A DNA stretch of 48,303 nucleotides, taken from NCBI GenBank assembly GCA_945865695.1, contig CAMBFX010000003.1, positions 1 to 48,303 of the forward strand. Direction: 5' to 3'. The notes beneath the pieces were generated by a model. It was not told where the DNA came from. It saw nothing but the letters and a program-made list of their open reading frames with translations, and made no database searches. Below are positions 28,553 through 37,999 of this stretch, one piece after another. Each line of letters begins with the position of its first letter. Within the stretch, counting starts at the first letter, position 1. The translations under genes were made by a program, and so were the position numbers. Origin of the DNA: Chryseobacterium gleum (GTDB lineage: Bacteria > Bacteroidota > Bacteroidia > Flavobacteriales_D > UBA2798).

Positions 28553-29379
28553 GAATCCTATTAACCCTATCGTTTTTATGCTTGATAGTTTCGAGTGCTA
28601 TCGGACAGGTTGAATCATCAAATTCTATACTCTTCATTGATACTATAGCGTCAAATAATTTAGTAAAAGGAATAAAATCTGTCGAGTCTAAAAATGATGG
28701 AATAAATGTTTCCACACTTGTTTCCGGTCAATCGAATTATTCAAACGCAATAGGAACAAATAATCTTAGTGTCACTTTACCTTTTTCACCTTCAATTATC
28801 GAAGGATTCATAATTAATTTTAAGGTTCAAAATACCAACACAGATAGTATTTCACTTTCGGTTAATGGATCTAACAGTTATTCCGTTATTAAAAATTCTG
28901 GATTCCCAATTGATTCAGCACAATTTCAACCCGGACAAATTGTATCTGTTATTTTTAATGGAAATAAATTTGTTACATTAAGTAAATTATACAAACCCTG
29001 TAAAAAAGGTTTTGTATCTGTAAACGATGAGTTTTGTATTGATTCATTGCCAAGAAACATTTCAAGTTTCTTTCCCGCAGTTCAGAATTGTGGTAACGAT
29101 GATGCAATGTTATGTACCTGGAATCAATGGTATATTGCTTGCAATGATTCTTTAGCCAATGGTTCCTCCGGTTATCTTACCAATTTCGAATGGGTAAATG
29201 ATGCTGGAAATAATGGAGCTGATGCCAAAGTTGCGGGATATAATAACGATAATGCTTATTTAGGTTATGGGTGCAAAAAAAGTTATTCTTTGCCAACTAC
29301 TTTCACTTCGCTGAATTCGGCTACTGTAACCTCTGGAAACACTGTGAATATTCGTTATAGATGCTGTTATCGCAAATGA
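28549..29379 (+). CDS. Secreted Cys-rich protein, paralog 1 (tail-fibre-like domain + FGE/C-type-lectin-like domain)
   Basis: Signal ...SSAIG|Q; FKVQNTNT...VNG...GQ.VSV.FNG; CKKGFVSVNDEFCI...LCTWNQWYIAC...NFEW...YRCCYRK. Confidence 0.8.
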   Translation: MRILLTLSFLCLIVSSAIGQVESSNSILFIDTIASNNLVKGIKSVESKNDGINVSTLVSGQSNYSNAIGTNNLSVTLPFSPSIIEGFIINFKVQNTNTDSISLSVNGSNSYSVIKNSGFPIDSAQFQPGQIVSVIFNGNKFVTLSKLYKPCKKGFVSVNDEFCIDSLPRNISSFFPAVQNCGNDDAMLCTWNQWYIACNDSLANGSSGYLTNFEWVNDAGNNGADAKVAGYNNDNAYLGYGCKKSYSLPTTFTSLNSATVTSGNTVNIRYRCCYRK

Positions 29380-30143
29380 AAAAAATAATTTACATATCAA
29401 TTTACATTTTTTCGCTGATTCAAGCAGAGGCTCAAGTAACTATTGATCATAAATTAATCATGACATCGCTTGATTCAAACGAACGAATCATCTCTGGAAT
29501 TTCTGCTGCAATTGACACTAGTGATTTAGTGCCAGTAACTGATTTAATCGATAATAGATTATTATTTTCGAGCGTTAATGGCAATGATAGTCTTCTATTA
29601 AATATACCCATGCAATATGAGTTAAATGAAGGAATGGGATTTTGGATTTCTCCTATTACTAATTCAGCAAATGCAACAATGATAACTCTTAATCAATTAA
29701 ATTATTTTCCCTTAAAAGATATCAATCAATCCAACGAAACCAATTGTTTAAAATCAAATGAAATAGAATGGATAATTTATGATGGTACTTCGTTTCAAGA
29801 AATATTTGAAGGATTCAAAACTTGTCCAACTGGTTATGTTGATGTGAATACAGAATATTGCATCCAAACAAACGAAAACACAGCGGCTAATTACTGGAAT
29901 GCTATTCAAGTTTGCGAAACAGATGGCGCAAAATTATGTAGTTGGGGTGAATGGTATTTTGCTTGTCAAAAAAGTGGATTGGGTCTATCAAATATGATTA
30001 ATAATTGGGAATGGACTGAATCTGCGAATAATCATGCTACATCAGTGCTTGCTCTTGGAAATGGAAGTTGTACAACTGCCGGAGAAAGCAATACACAAGT
30101 AGTAACTGTAAAAACTTATCGTTGTTGTTATAGAAAAAAATGA
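29376..30143 (+). CDS. Secreted Cys-rich protein, paralog 2
   Basis: ATG 29376 (ATGA overlap), signal ...QAEA|Q; CPTGYVDVNTEYCI...LCSWGEWYFAC...NWEW...YRCCYRKK. Confidence 0.8.
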   Translation: MKKIIYISIYIFSLIQAEAQVTIDHKLIMTSLDSNERIISGISAAIDTSDLVPVTDLIDNRLLFSSVNGNDSLLLNIPMQYELNEGMGFWISPITNSANATMITLNQLNYFPLKDINQSNETNCLKSNEIEWIIYDGTSFQEIFEGFKTCPTGYVDVNTEYCIQTNENTAANYWNAIQVCETDGAKLCSWGEWYFACQKSGLGLSNMINNWEWTESANNHATSVLALGNGSCTTAGESNTQVVTVKTYRCCYRKK

Positions 30144-30925
30144 AAATTCTTTTTTACATATCGTTTTCAGTCATTCAAATTATTTCGTGTGCTTATGATA
30201 GCTATGCACAAATAAGTCTATCGAAACCATTAATTTTAACTTCTGGGGGCGATTCTGCGAAAGTGGAAAATTTATATACACCCAATGAATTGAATGCAGG
30301 CTTAACAGTAGGATCTGTACAATCCAACCGATTTCTATATGCAACATCAACAGGAACCGACAGTATTTTTTTAAATTTATCTGTAGCACCTGATTCGCTA
30401 ATTTCAGGGCTGGTGATATATTTCAAATCGCAGGGAACAAATACGGATTCTGTTCATGTAACATTAGATAACACTAATTATTTTCCACTTTATAAAAACA
30501 TTAATCTTCCCCTTAAATCTGATGATATTCAATCAGGGCAAATGCTAGCAATTGGATTTGATGGAAATCATTTTCAATATTTGAATTATGAAAATAATGA
30601 TTGTCCTCCAGGATTTCTTGCCGTTACTTCTGAGTATTGCATTGAGATAAATGAGAGTGTGATTGAATTACCTTATTATGATGCCCTAATAGATTGCTAT
30701 TCTAAAAATGCGCGTATGTGTAACTGGGGGGAATGGCATTATGCCTGTGCAAGCATGGGTGCAAGCATTAGTAATATGACCAATAATTGGGAATATACAG
30801 ACGATGCCGGTAATGAAGTGAATATGGTGAGAATTTGCGGAAATGGAAGTTGTACAGCCTCCGGATTGCAGAACATTCCAGTTAATTTACCAAAAAAACA
30901 CCGCTGTTGTTATTCTAGAAAATGA
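30140..30925 (+). CDS. Secreted Cys-rich protein, paralog 3
   Basis: Signal ...DSYA|Q; CPPGFLAVTSEYCI...MCNWGEWHYAC...NWEY...HRCCYSRK. Confidence 0.8.
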   Translation: MKILFYISFSVIQIISCAYDSYAQISLSKPLILTSGGDSAKVENLYTPNELNAGLTVGSVQSNRFLYATSTGTDSIFLNLSVAPDSLISGLVIYFKSQGTNTDSVHVTLDNTNYFPLYKNINLPLKSDDIQSGQMLAIGFDGNHFQYLNYENNDCPPGFLAVTSEYCIEINESVIELPYYDALIDCYSKNARMCNWGEWHYACASMGASISNMTNNWEYTDDAGNEVNMVRICGNGSCTASGLQNIPVNLPKKHRCCYSRK

Positions 30926-32253
30926 AAATTTTCATTCATCATATCTTTATTTTTCTTTTTTTTCTTTGCCAATTATCAACGAAAGCAGAAATTAATTCTA
31001 AACCTGTAAAGTTGATTGGCAACCTAAAATCAAAATCTTTCGGACATAAAAAAATTCACATTTCCTCCTTTTATGGTACACAATTAATTCTTCTAGATTC
31101 AACTGTATCCGATAAAAATGGAACTTTTAAATTCCAGTTGAAAATTCCTAATCAATCGGGATATTACAGATTATCTATCGGTTCAACAAATTATACGGAT
31201 ATCATTTTATCACCAGGAGAAAATCCAATTATTGATTTTGAAAATGGCGAACTCAAGAATTGGCTGCAAGTGAAAAACAGCCATGAAAATAAAGCAATAC
31301 TTGAAAGTAGAATTATTTCCAAAAAGGCTGATTCAAAAACAACTATTTACAACGAACTGGTAAAAATTGCAAATGATTATCCTAATACATTTTTTTCCAA
31401 AACTACATTAGCCTATCTGCCTTATGAATATTTTTTGCCAGATACCTTTAGCTCCCCAGAAAAAAAAATAATCCATATTCAAAATCATTATTTCGATAAA
31501 GTTGATTTCAGTACCAACGAACTGATGTATTCTACATTACTACCTAATATTTTCATGCGGTATCTTGAAAATTACACTCAGTATGATGAAGAAGGATTTA
31601 AAGCGTCGGTTGATATTATTATGAAAAAAGTGAGCGTGAATGAGGACATCAGTGCTTTTACCTTAGATTTTCTTATTCAACTTTTTAAAAAAGTAGGGCC
31701 TGAAATAATTTTAGAATATGTAATTGAAAATTACTATTTCGTCAACTCATGTGGAGATTCAAAACAGTTCAATCAAGAAACTATACAAATCATTAAAGAT
31801 TACGGCAACCTTTCCGAAGGCAATATTGTTCCCGATTTCTATTACCGTGAATTCAATTGGGAAAATAACACATTCTCCGATTCTACCTCAATATATAAAT
31901 TGTGTGAAAAGAATAAATTAGTTCTTCTTGTATTTTGGTCATCCCATTGCCAATTCTGCGCCTTAAAATCTATTTTTTGGAATGAATTATTTGATCGCTA
32001 CGATAAAAAAGGATTGGAAATAATTTATATTTCACTCGACTCCGAAATAAACGATTTGACTAACGGTATCCGAGAAAAAAAACTGAACGGAAAACATGTT
32101 TGCGACTTCAATGGATGGCAAGGATCTATCGTACAAAAATTGAAAATAAACAGAACACCTTATCTGGTTTTATTATCGAACGAAGGAAAAATAATTTTGA
32201 AAGATAAAGGAGATCAACAAATCAATTCGTATCTCTCCAATTATCTTGATTGA
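30922..32253 (+). CDS. Exported TlpA-like thioredoxin-fold protein (DUF5106-like middle domain)
   Basis: Signal peptide, HYFDKVDF helical region, PDF...LLVFWSSHCQFC, I.YISLD, TP..VL...GKI. Confidence 0.85.
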   Translation: MKIFIHHIFIFLFFLCQLSTKAEINSKPVKLIGNLKSKSFGHKKIHISSFYGTQLILLDSTVSDKNGTFKFQLKIPNQSGYYRLSIGSTNYTDIILSPGENPIIDFENGELKNWLQVKNSHENKAILESRIISKKADSKTTIYNELVKIANDYPNTFFSKTTLAYLPYEYFLPDTFSSPEKKIIHIQNHYFDKVDFSTNELMYSTLLPNIFMRYLENYTQYDEEGFKASVDIIMKKVSVNEDISAFTLDFLIQLFKKVGPEIILEYVIENYYFVNSCGDSKQFNQETIQIIKDYGNLSEGNIVPDFYYREFNWENNTFSDSTSIYKLCEKNKLVLLVFWSSHCQFCALKSIFWNELFDRYDKKGLEIIYISLDSEINDLTNGIREKKLNGKHVCDFNGWQGSIVQKLKINRTPYLVLLSNEGKIILKDKGDQQINSYLSNYLD

Positions 32254-33361
32254 TTTTTATAAATAAATCATGATGCATTTTAGCCAATTTTTTCCAAGTA
32301 AATCCTTCTGCCACTTTTTTCCTGGAGTTTTCTCCTAATATTTTCTTTTTATCCGATTTCAATAAAGAAAAATCTTTTAGGGCATCACAGACCGCTGCTG
32401 CGTCATTTCGTTGTATCAAATAACCTGTTTCTTGGTTTATTAATTCTGATGTGCCACCAACATCTGAAACAATCACCGGTAATCCGAACGACATTGCCTC
32501 CAGAACCACGGTAGGCATTCCTTCAAATAAAGTTGGTAACAAAAAAACATCTGCTTCTAAATATTTTTGCTTCAATTCTTCATCCGATAGAAATCCTAAC
32601 AACTCAACATGGTGAAATGAATTGTTTTTTTTATAATATTCGAACAAAGGCCCCTTACCTCCGAGCATGAAATGAAAAGAGGAACTTTCTTTTTCATTAG
32701 CTAATTTTTGTACTGCATCAAAAAGAATATGAATACCCTTATTTTTGACAAAACGCGCCATAAAAAAAACTTTGATAGGCTCACCTGAGTCTTGGTAGTG
32801 CAATTTGAATTCGGTTGGTAATTCAACTGCGTTGGGTAAAAAAACTATTTTATCCGCAAATCCATTTTTCTTTAAAATATCCGTGAGATGACCGCCTTCG
32901 GAAGCTATATATTTTGAATTCTTAAAAATTTTGCGTTGAATCGTTTTAAATAAAAAACCAATTAGCTTTTCTTTAAATCCAATGGCTTGAAATGATTCTA
33001 AGCCATGTGGATTATTAATTAGAATTCGTTTAAATCTTTTTGCATTTTTCCATACTGTTAAACCTTGCGCATAAATTATATCTGGTTTAATTCTATCTAA
33101 TTCTTCCGAAATTCGTTGCGAATATTTATAGGTTTCCAACAGATAATTTCTAGAAATCTGTATAGGCTTAATAAAATGTTCAATAAGATTTACGTCTTGA
33201 AAAACTTCAAAATCGTGAGGATGCAGAATGTGTATTTCTAAATCTTGGTAATTTGCAAGTTCACGTAAAAGTAATGCAGAATGTCGTTGAATTCCTCCTA
33301 TTGAATGTGGAAAAATTCCATCGGTGCAAAAGGCGATTTTTATTTTTGTTCCTTCAGCCAT
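32222..33361 (-). CDS. Glycosyltransferase family 4
   Basis: GGIQRH, PNAV, ARFVKNKG, PTLFEGMPTVVLEAMSFGLPVI.SDVGG. Confidence 0.94.
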   Translation of the reverse strand: MAEGTKIKIAFCTDGIFPHSIGGIQRHSALLLRELANYQDLEIHILHPHDFEVFQDVNLIEHFIKPIQISRNYLLETYKYSQRISEELDRIKPDIIYAQGLTVWKNAKRFKRILINNPHGLESFQAIGFKEKLIGFLFKTIQRKIFKNSKYIASEGGHLTDILKKNGFADKIVFLPNAVELPTEFKLHYQDSGEPIKVFFMARFVKNKGIHILFDAVQKLANEKESSSFHFMLGGKGPLFEYYKKNNSFHHVELLGFLSDEELKQKYLEADVFLLPTLFEGMPTVVLEAMSFGLPVIVSDVGGTSELINQETGYLIQRNDAAAVCDALKDFSLLKSDKKKILGENSRKKVAEGFTWKKLAKMHHDLFIKINQDNWRDTN

Positions 33362-34242
33362 TGTGTGGTCTTTTCAATACCCTTCAAAATTGAATGAGTT
33401 GGTGCATAACCCAGTTTTTGAATATTACTTATGTCTGCGCGCCAATTAGAAGGATCTCCATCTCTACCCGATCCAGAAAATTTGCAAGACAATTCGTTTG
33501 AAATATTCTCACAAAACAATTTTGAAACATATTCGATTGAAATTTCTTCCCCGTTCGCAATATTATAATAAGACAATATTTTTTCATTGGTAAAAGCAAT
33601 CAATCGTATGGCTTCAAATAAATCATCGATATAAATAAAATCTCTTGTTTCCTTACCTGAACCAAACATTTCAATACAATTTGAAAGTCGACTTTTTCGA
33701 TACATATCCCAAAATATTTGTTTTTTCAATCCAGGTCCATAAGCAGAAAAAATTCGAAGTGAAGTGGCCTCCATTCCAAAATAATTTCTGAATTGATTAA
33801 CGATCATCTCACTCATCAATTTATGATTACCATAGGGAGAAATTGGATGAGCTTCTGCCGTCTCGCTAATTGGAAGTGACGATGGATTACCATAAACTGC
33901 GGCGCTAGATAAATTAATGAATCTAGTTCCGGAATGATTTTTCCATAATTCATTTAAAATTCTAAAAACAATTCTAGTATTCAATTCATAATCCAAGAAG
34001 GGATTTTCAAATGAATAAGGAACCGATGCAGAGCCTGCACAATTGATACAAATATCATATTTGTGGGAGAATATTTCATCCGGAGAATTTTCAAGTAAAG
34101 TATGATTAAAAAATCGTTTGAGCGTTTTAATTTCCGGACTTTGTATATCACATCCATAGACATCATGGCCTAACTCCAGAAATTTTTGAGTGAGCGAGGA
34201 TCCGATAAATCCATTGCATCCGAAAATCAAAATACTTTTCAT
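33340..34242 (-). CDS. NAD-dependent epimerase/dehydratase
   Basis: GCNGFIG, SSAAVYG, YGNHK, LRIFSAYGP, ETRDFIYI. Confidence 0.93.
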   Translation of the reverse strand: MKSILIFGCNGFIGSSLTQKFLELGHDVYGCDIQSPEIKTLKRFFNHTLLENSPDEIFSHKYDICINCAGSASVPYSFENPFLDYELNTRIVFRILNELWKNHSGTRFINLSSAAVYGNPSSLPISETAEAHPISPYGNHKLMSEMIVNQFRNYFGMEATSLRIFSAYGPGLKKQIFWDMYRKSRLSNCIEMFGSGKETRDFIYIDDLFEAIRLIAFTNEKILSYYNIANGEEISIEYVSKLFCENISNELSCKFSGSGRDGDPSNWRADISNIQKLGYAPTHSILKGIEKTTQWLKEQK

Positions 34243-35426
34243 TTGTTTTTTATCTCCTTTACAATCGCTGTAATCTTTGCCGCCACGTGTTGCCAGGTAA
34301 AATTAGAAATAATCTTGTTATGAAAGCCTCTTCCCAATCTTTCCCTCAAAGCTGAATCATCCAATAGCTTAATAATCGCGTCTGATAAGTCATTTGGTCC
34401 TTTATCAATCAATATTCCGTCAATTCCATCCTGAAGTACATCTTTCAAAGGTAAATAATTGGGGGCAATTACAGCTTTACTATGTAAACCGTACTCAAAT
34501 ATTTTAATTGGTGAACCATACCAATTGCTATCTGGCATAACGGTGATTTCCATTTTTCGAATAAAACTATGAACGTATCGATGCTCCACCGATCCTACCC
34601 AGATAATACAATGATCTAAACCCAACTGAGTTGATTTCTGTTTATAGTGTTGAAGATTCTGTCCTCCTCCAACAATCAAAAAAATAAAATCACTTCGCTT
34701 TTTTGATAAAATTTCTGCGGCATCAATCAATCTATCGATTCCATGCCAAGGAGCAATTGATCCAACAAATCCAATTATAATTTTTTCAGATGGTAAAGAA
34801 ATAGTTTTGGGTAGAACAAAATCTTCATTCAATGAGGAGTTATCGACAGCATTTGGAATTACAACTATTTTTTCAGCACAAATGGGTAGTTTTTTTGCGA
34901 AATATTCTTTTAATGCAGTCGATACAACGATTAGGCTAGAAGTGAGCTTGAGGTATTCTATTTCACGCTTTCTTGCACGTTTCATCAATAATGATTTTCC
35001 TTGCAGCACTACTCTTTCCTCTGTGAAAGGAGAATTGATTTCTGCAATATGGGTTACTTTTTTATTTTTACAAGCCAACACTCCTGATAATTGAAAATAA
35101 TTCGCTCTTTCATATACAAAATCGGGTAGAAATTCTGAAATTCTTTTTTCAAGTTGCTTTTGAATGCTTATGTCTGCTCGCCATAAACTTAAATCCTTCA
35201 AAGTCTCCCAAATAACGGCAGGTAATAATCGTTTGATAAAAAAATATTTACCTTTTGTTGTGATTTGAGATGGCTTGTCAATGGTTTTTTCTCCTCCTAC
35301 AATGAATGTTTCTACCGTATGACCTTCTTTTCGCAACGCTTCAATTACCTTTCTCATATGTGTAGCATAGCCCGCCTGGTCGTTTAAGCCTAAAAAGGGA
35401 TGAGGTGAAAAATATAAAATTCTCAT
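34239..35426 (-). CDS. Glycosyltransferase family 4
   Basis: IPNAVD, GFVGSIAPWHG, GSPIKIFEY. Confidence 0.93.
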   Translation of the reverse strand: MRILYFSPHPFLGLNDQAGYATHMRKVIEALRKEGHTVETFIVGGEKTIDKPSQITTKGKYFFIKRLLPAVIWETLKDLSLWRADISIQKQLEKRISEFLPDFVYERANYFQLSGVLACKNKKVTHIAEINSPFTEERVVLQGKSLLMKRARKREIEYLKLTSSLIVVSTALKEYFAKKLPICAEKIVVIPNAVDNSSLNEDFVLPKTISLPSEKIIIGFVGSIAPWHGIDRLIDAAEILSKKRSDFIFLIVGGGQNLQHYKQKSTQLGLDHCIIWVGSVEHRYVHSFIRKMEITVMPDSNWYGSPIKIFEYGLHSKAVIAPNYLPLKDVLQDGIDGILIDKGPNDLSDAIIKLLDDSALRERLGRGFHNKIISNFTWQHVAAKITAIVKEIKNK

Positions 35427-36076
35427 TCTAGCTCCTTTTTAAAAATATCCGCTAATTGCTTGGTAAGAATTTGCGGACTAAAATTATTCTTGATAAAATC
35501 CAAGTCAGCTTTATACAACTTGTTCAATTCATTTTTATTTTCAATCAGAAATTTTATTTTCTCAGCAATATTTTCTGCATCCATTGGATTACAAATAATT
35601 CCTAAACCAGATTTCAACAATAACCGGGAGCACTCCGATTCAGCACAGAGTGCAAGAATCGGTTTTTCGGACTTAAAATATTCAAACATTTTTCCAGGAA
35701 GCGCATATGGTTCATGATTATCCACTCCTCTTTCTAGAGGAAGAAACAACAAATCTGTATTTAACAATTTTTCCAAGGACTCTTGTTTAGTTAAATAACC
35801 TGATATTTTCACCAAGCTATTAATACCCATTTTATCCGATTGAATCTTATTTGCAGAATCAATCAGCCCCCATAAATGAAGTTCAACTCTATCTTTCATT
35901 TCTGGATATTTTTCTATGAAACATTTCAGTCCATTAAAAATAAAATAAGCTGAACGAGTATCTGGATTGTTGATTGAATAATTCCTGAATGTGAATAATT
36001 TATTCTTATAGGGAAAAGCAGGATCAAAACAGGCAAGGCTGCCGCTATATGAAATAATCAATTTATCAGTAGCCAT
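35423..36076 (-). CDS. GT4 glycosyltransferase, C-terminal (donor-binding) Rossmann half only
   Basis: ISYSGSL, GYL...ESL...DLLFLP, PGKMFEY....KPILA. Confidence 0.85.
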   Translation of the reverse strand: MATDKLIISYSGSLACFDPAFPYKNKLFTFRNYSINNPDTRSAYFIFNGLKCFIEKYPEMKDRVELHLWGLIDSANKIQSDKMGINSLVKISGYLTKQESLEKLLNTDLLFLPLERGVDNHEPYALPGKMFEYFKSEKPILALCAESECSRLLLKSGLGIICNPMDAENIAEKIKFLIENKNELNKLYKADLDFIKNNFSPQILTKQLADIFKKELE

Positions 36077-36731
36077 TGTAAATTATATCTATTTTCTGTT
36101 CCGTTCCAATTCCCTTATTCAAAAAAAGCTTTTTCATTTCAGAAGTAACAACAATTATACGATCTGCTTTATTTAATATTTCTTTTTCCAACAAAACATT
36201 TTTTTTCCAATGGGATTCTGATGGCCAATGCCAAGTGAAGGCGTCTGTCCATGGATCCCTAAGGTCAGCAATCCATTTTACTTTTGCTTCTCTTTTCAAT
36301 CTCTCCGCTAATAAAAGTGCTGAAAAAGGAGCGGAAGAAGTGTATACTATTTTTATATTTTCTTTTTTAATAATATCCAAAGCAACCTCAAATGATTTCT
36401 CTGCCCAAACTAATGAAGGCTCCCCATTTTTTCTATAAAAAAGGTATCTGTAAAGTCCATATAATCTAAATTTCATTAGAAAGTTTCGTCTACGAATTCG
36501 TTCATTTGAATTCACTCGAATAATTTTAAGATGAGCTGGTAAATTTTCCATCAATGACTCATCCAATGGATAATTTCCGCTATGAATAGATTCGAGATCT
36601 TGTGTGAGAACAATAGGTTCAAATGCATTATCTCTGAGATGTGATACAAATCGAACTGAACGATGCACGCCAGGACCTCCTTGGGGAGGAAACTGATAAG
36701 CGATAAACAAAACTGGTAAACGATTCACCAT
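36066..36731 (-). CDS. GT4 glycosyltransferase, N-terminal Rossmann half only
   Basis: IAYQFPP.GGPGVHR, TSSAPFS, WIADLRDPW, ends IIYNGY*. Confidence 0.85.
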   Translation of the reverse strand: MVNRLPVLFIAYQFPPQGGPGVHRSVRFVSHLRDNAFEPIVLTQDLESIHSGNYPLDESLMENLPAHLKIIRVNSNERIRRRNFLMKFRLYGLYRYLFYRKNGEPSLVWAEKSFEVALDIIKKENIKIVYTSSAPFSALLLAERLKREAKVKWIADLRDPWTDAFTWHWPSESHWKKNVLLEKEILNKADRIIVVTSEMKKLFLNKGIGTEQKIDIIYNGY

Positions 36732-36790
36732 ATAATCTTTCTGTTTCTTAATATCTAAGGTACGATTAATAAATCAAATGATTAGAAACC

Positions 36791-37999
36791 TTATACATTT
36801 TCGATTATTTTCATGAAGTTGGCAAATGATTGTTGAATTTCAAAATGCTCTCGCCAATATTCCTTTGCTTTTCTTCTTTTATCAGCATCTTTACAGAACC
36901 CTAAAGACAAATTTTCTAATTCTTCATGAAATTGTTTTGAACTAAAATCAATTGATAACAGTTTACCTGTTTCACTATTTACTATTTCAGCCACTCCACC
37001 TGTATCACATGCAATAACAGGGATGCCAAAACTCAAGGCTTCTTGTATAGCTAAAGGAACGCCTCCTTCGGTAGTGCTCAAATGAACAAATAAATCCACT
37101 TTATTATTTTCATAATAATTCAAAATTTCAGATGGAGAAATTCTTCCTCTTAAATCGTATTTAAATCGATTATTTTTATTTTCGCTTATCTTTTGCCTTA
37201 TTTTCTCCATTTCAATTCCGTCTCCGAAATGAACCCATTTCAAATTAAAATTCACCTTCATCAATAATTCTACTAACAAATCCACACGTTTCAATGGAAT
37301 GAGATTTGAACAACTCACTAGTGTAAATTCATCTCTTGAATGAAAATCAGCTATGAAACCAAGATCAGAGATTCCCAAATAACTTCTTTTTATCTTTTCA
37401 TGGAAAGAAGGAAATTTATTCTGCAAATGTTTTCTTGCTTGATCGGCAGCTGTTACTACAACAGAAATATTCTCTAATTGAAAATACCTCCATGGAATTA
37501 TACCTTCCTTCGTTCTTTCATCATATAAATCAAAACCATGAACTCTCGAAATGAATTTCAAATCAGGATGACGTTTTTTATAAAAGGCCAATGTGGTGGC
37601 CCAATCTTCCATCCAAAAAGTATAAAACACGGTATCTGATAAATTTTCACTTATTTCTTTCTCGATTGCAATAGACCTATCATAACACTGTATTAATTTC
37701 TGAATATTTCTTTTTAAGGATTTTAAAAAAAGCCATTTTTTATTTGACTTTAGAAATTCGATAAAAATAATTTTTAGAAAAAATAATCTGAAACTTTTGA
37801 TGGTAATTTTCTTGATTATGGGAGCTGAATGTAACACAACGTTATTCGGTAAATTTCTTGTTGTTCCTTGAGCACTATCCATCAAAGGAAAGATATGGAT
37901 TTCAGAAAACCGTTTTGCTAGCAAACTTAATTCTGGTTCAATGAATGATTCTGCATTTCCACCCGGATAGCGAGCTGTAAACAAAAACATCTTTTTCAT
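36791..37999 (-). CDS. Glycosyltransferase family 4
   Basis: YP...ESFIE.E, SRVHGFDLY, SCSNLIPLKR, STTEGGVP.AIQEALSFGIPVIA.D.GG. Confidence 0.92.
   Translation of the reverse strand: MKKMFLFTARYPGGNAESFIEPELSLLAKRFSEIHIFPLMDSAQGTTRNLPNNVVLHSAPIIKKITIKSFRLFFLKIIFIEFLKSNKKWLFLKSLKRNIQKLIQCYDRSIAIEKEISENLSDTVFYTFWMEDWATTLAFYKKRHPDLKFISRVHGFDLYDERTKEGIIPWRYFQLENISVVVTAADQARKHLQNKFPSFHEKIKRSYLGISDLGFIADFHSRDEFTLVSCSNLIPLKRVDLLVELLMKVNFNLKWVHFGDGIEMEKIRQKISENKNNRFKYDLRGRISPSEILNYYENNKVDLFVHLSTTEGGVPLAIQEALSFGIPVIACDTGGVAEIVNSETGKLLSIDFSSKQFHEELENLSLGFCKDADKRRKAKEYWREHFEIQQSFANFMKIIENV

Noticed and set aside
28549-30925. Active DGR acting on the lectin-like paralogs
   Set aside because: No near-identical template repeat or RT is seen here; the paralogs are diverged throughout. 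A remote DGR cannot be excluded.
28549-30925. Prophage remnant suggested by the tail-fibre-like domain
   Set aside because: All three proteins have Sec signal peptides and no capsid, terminase, integrase or lysis genes are nearby.
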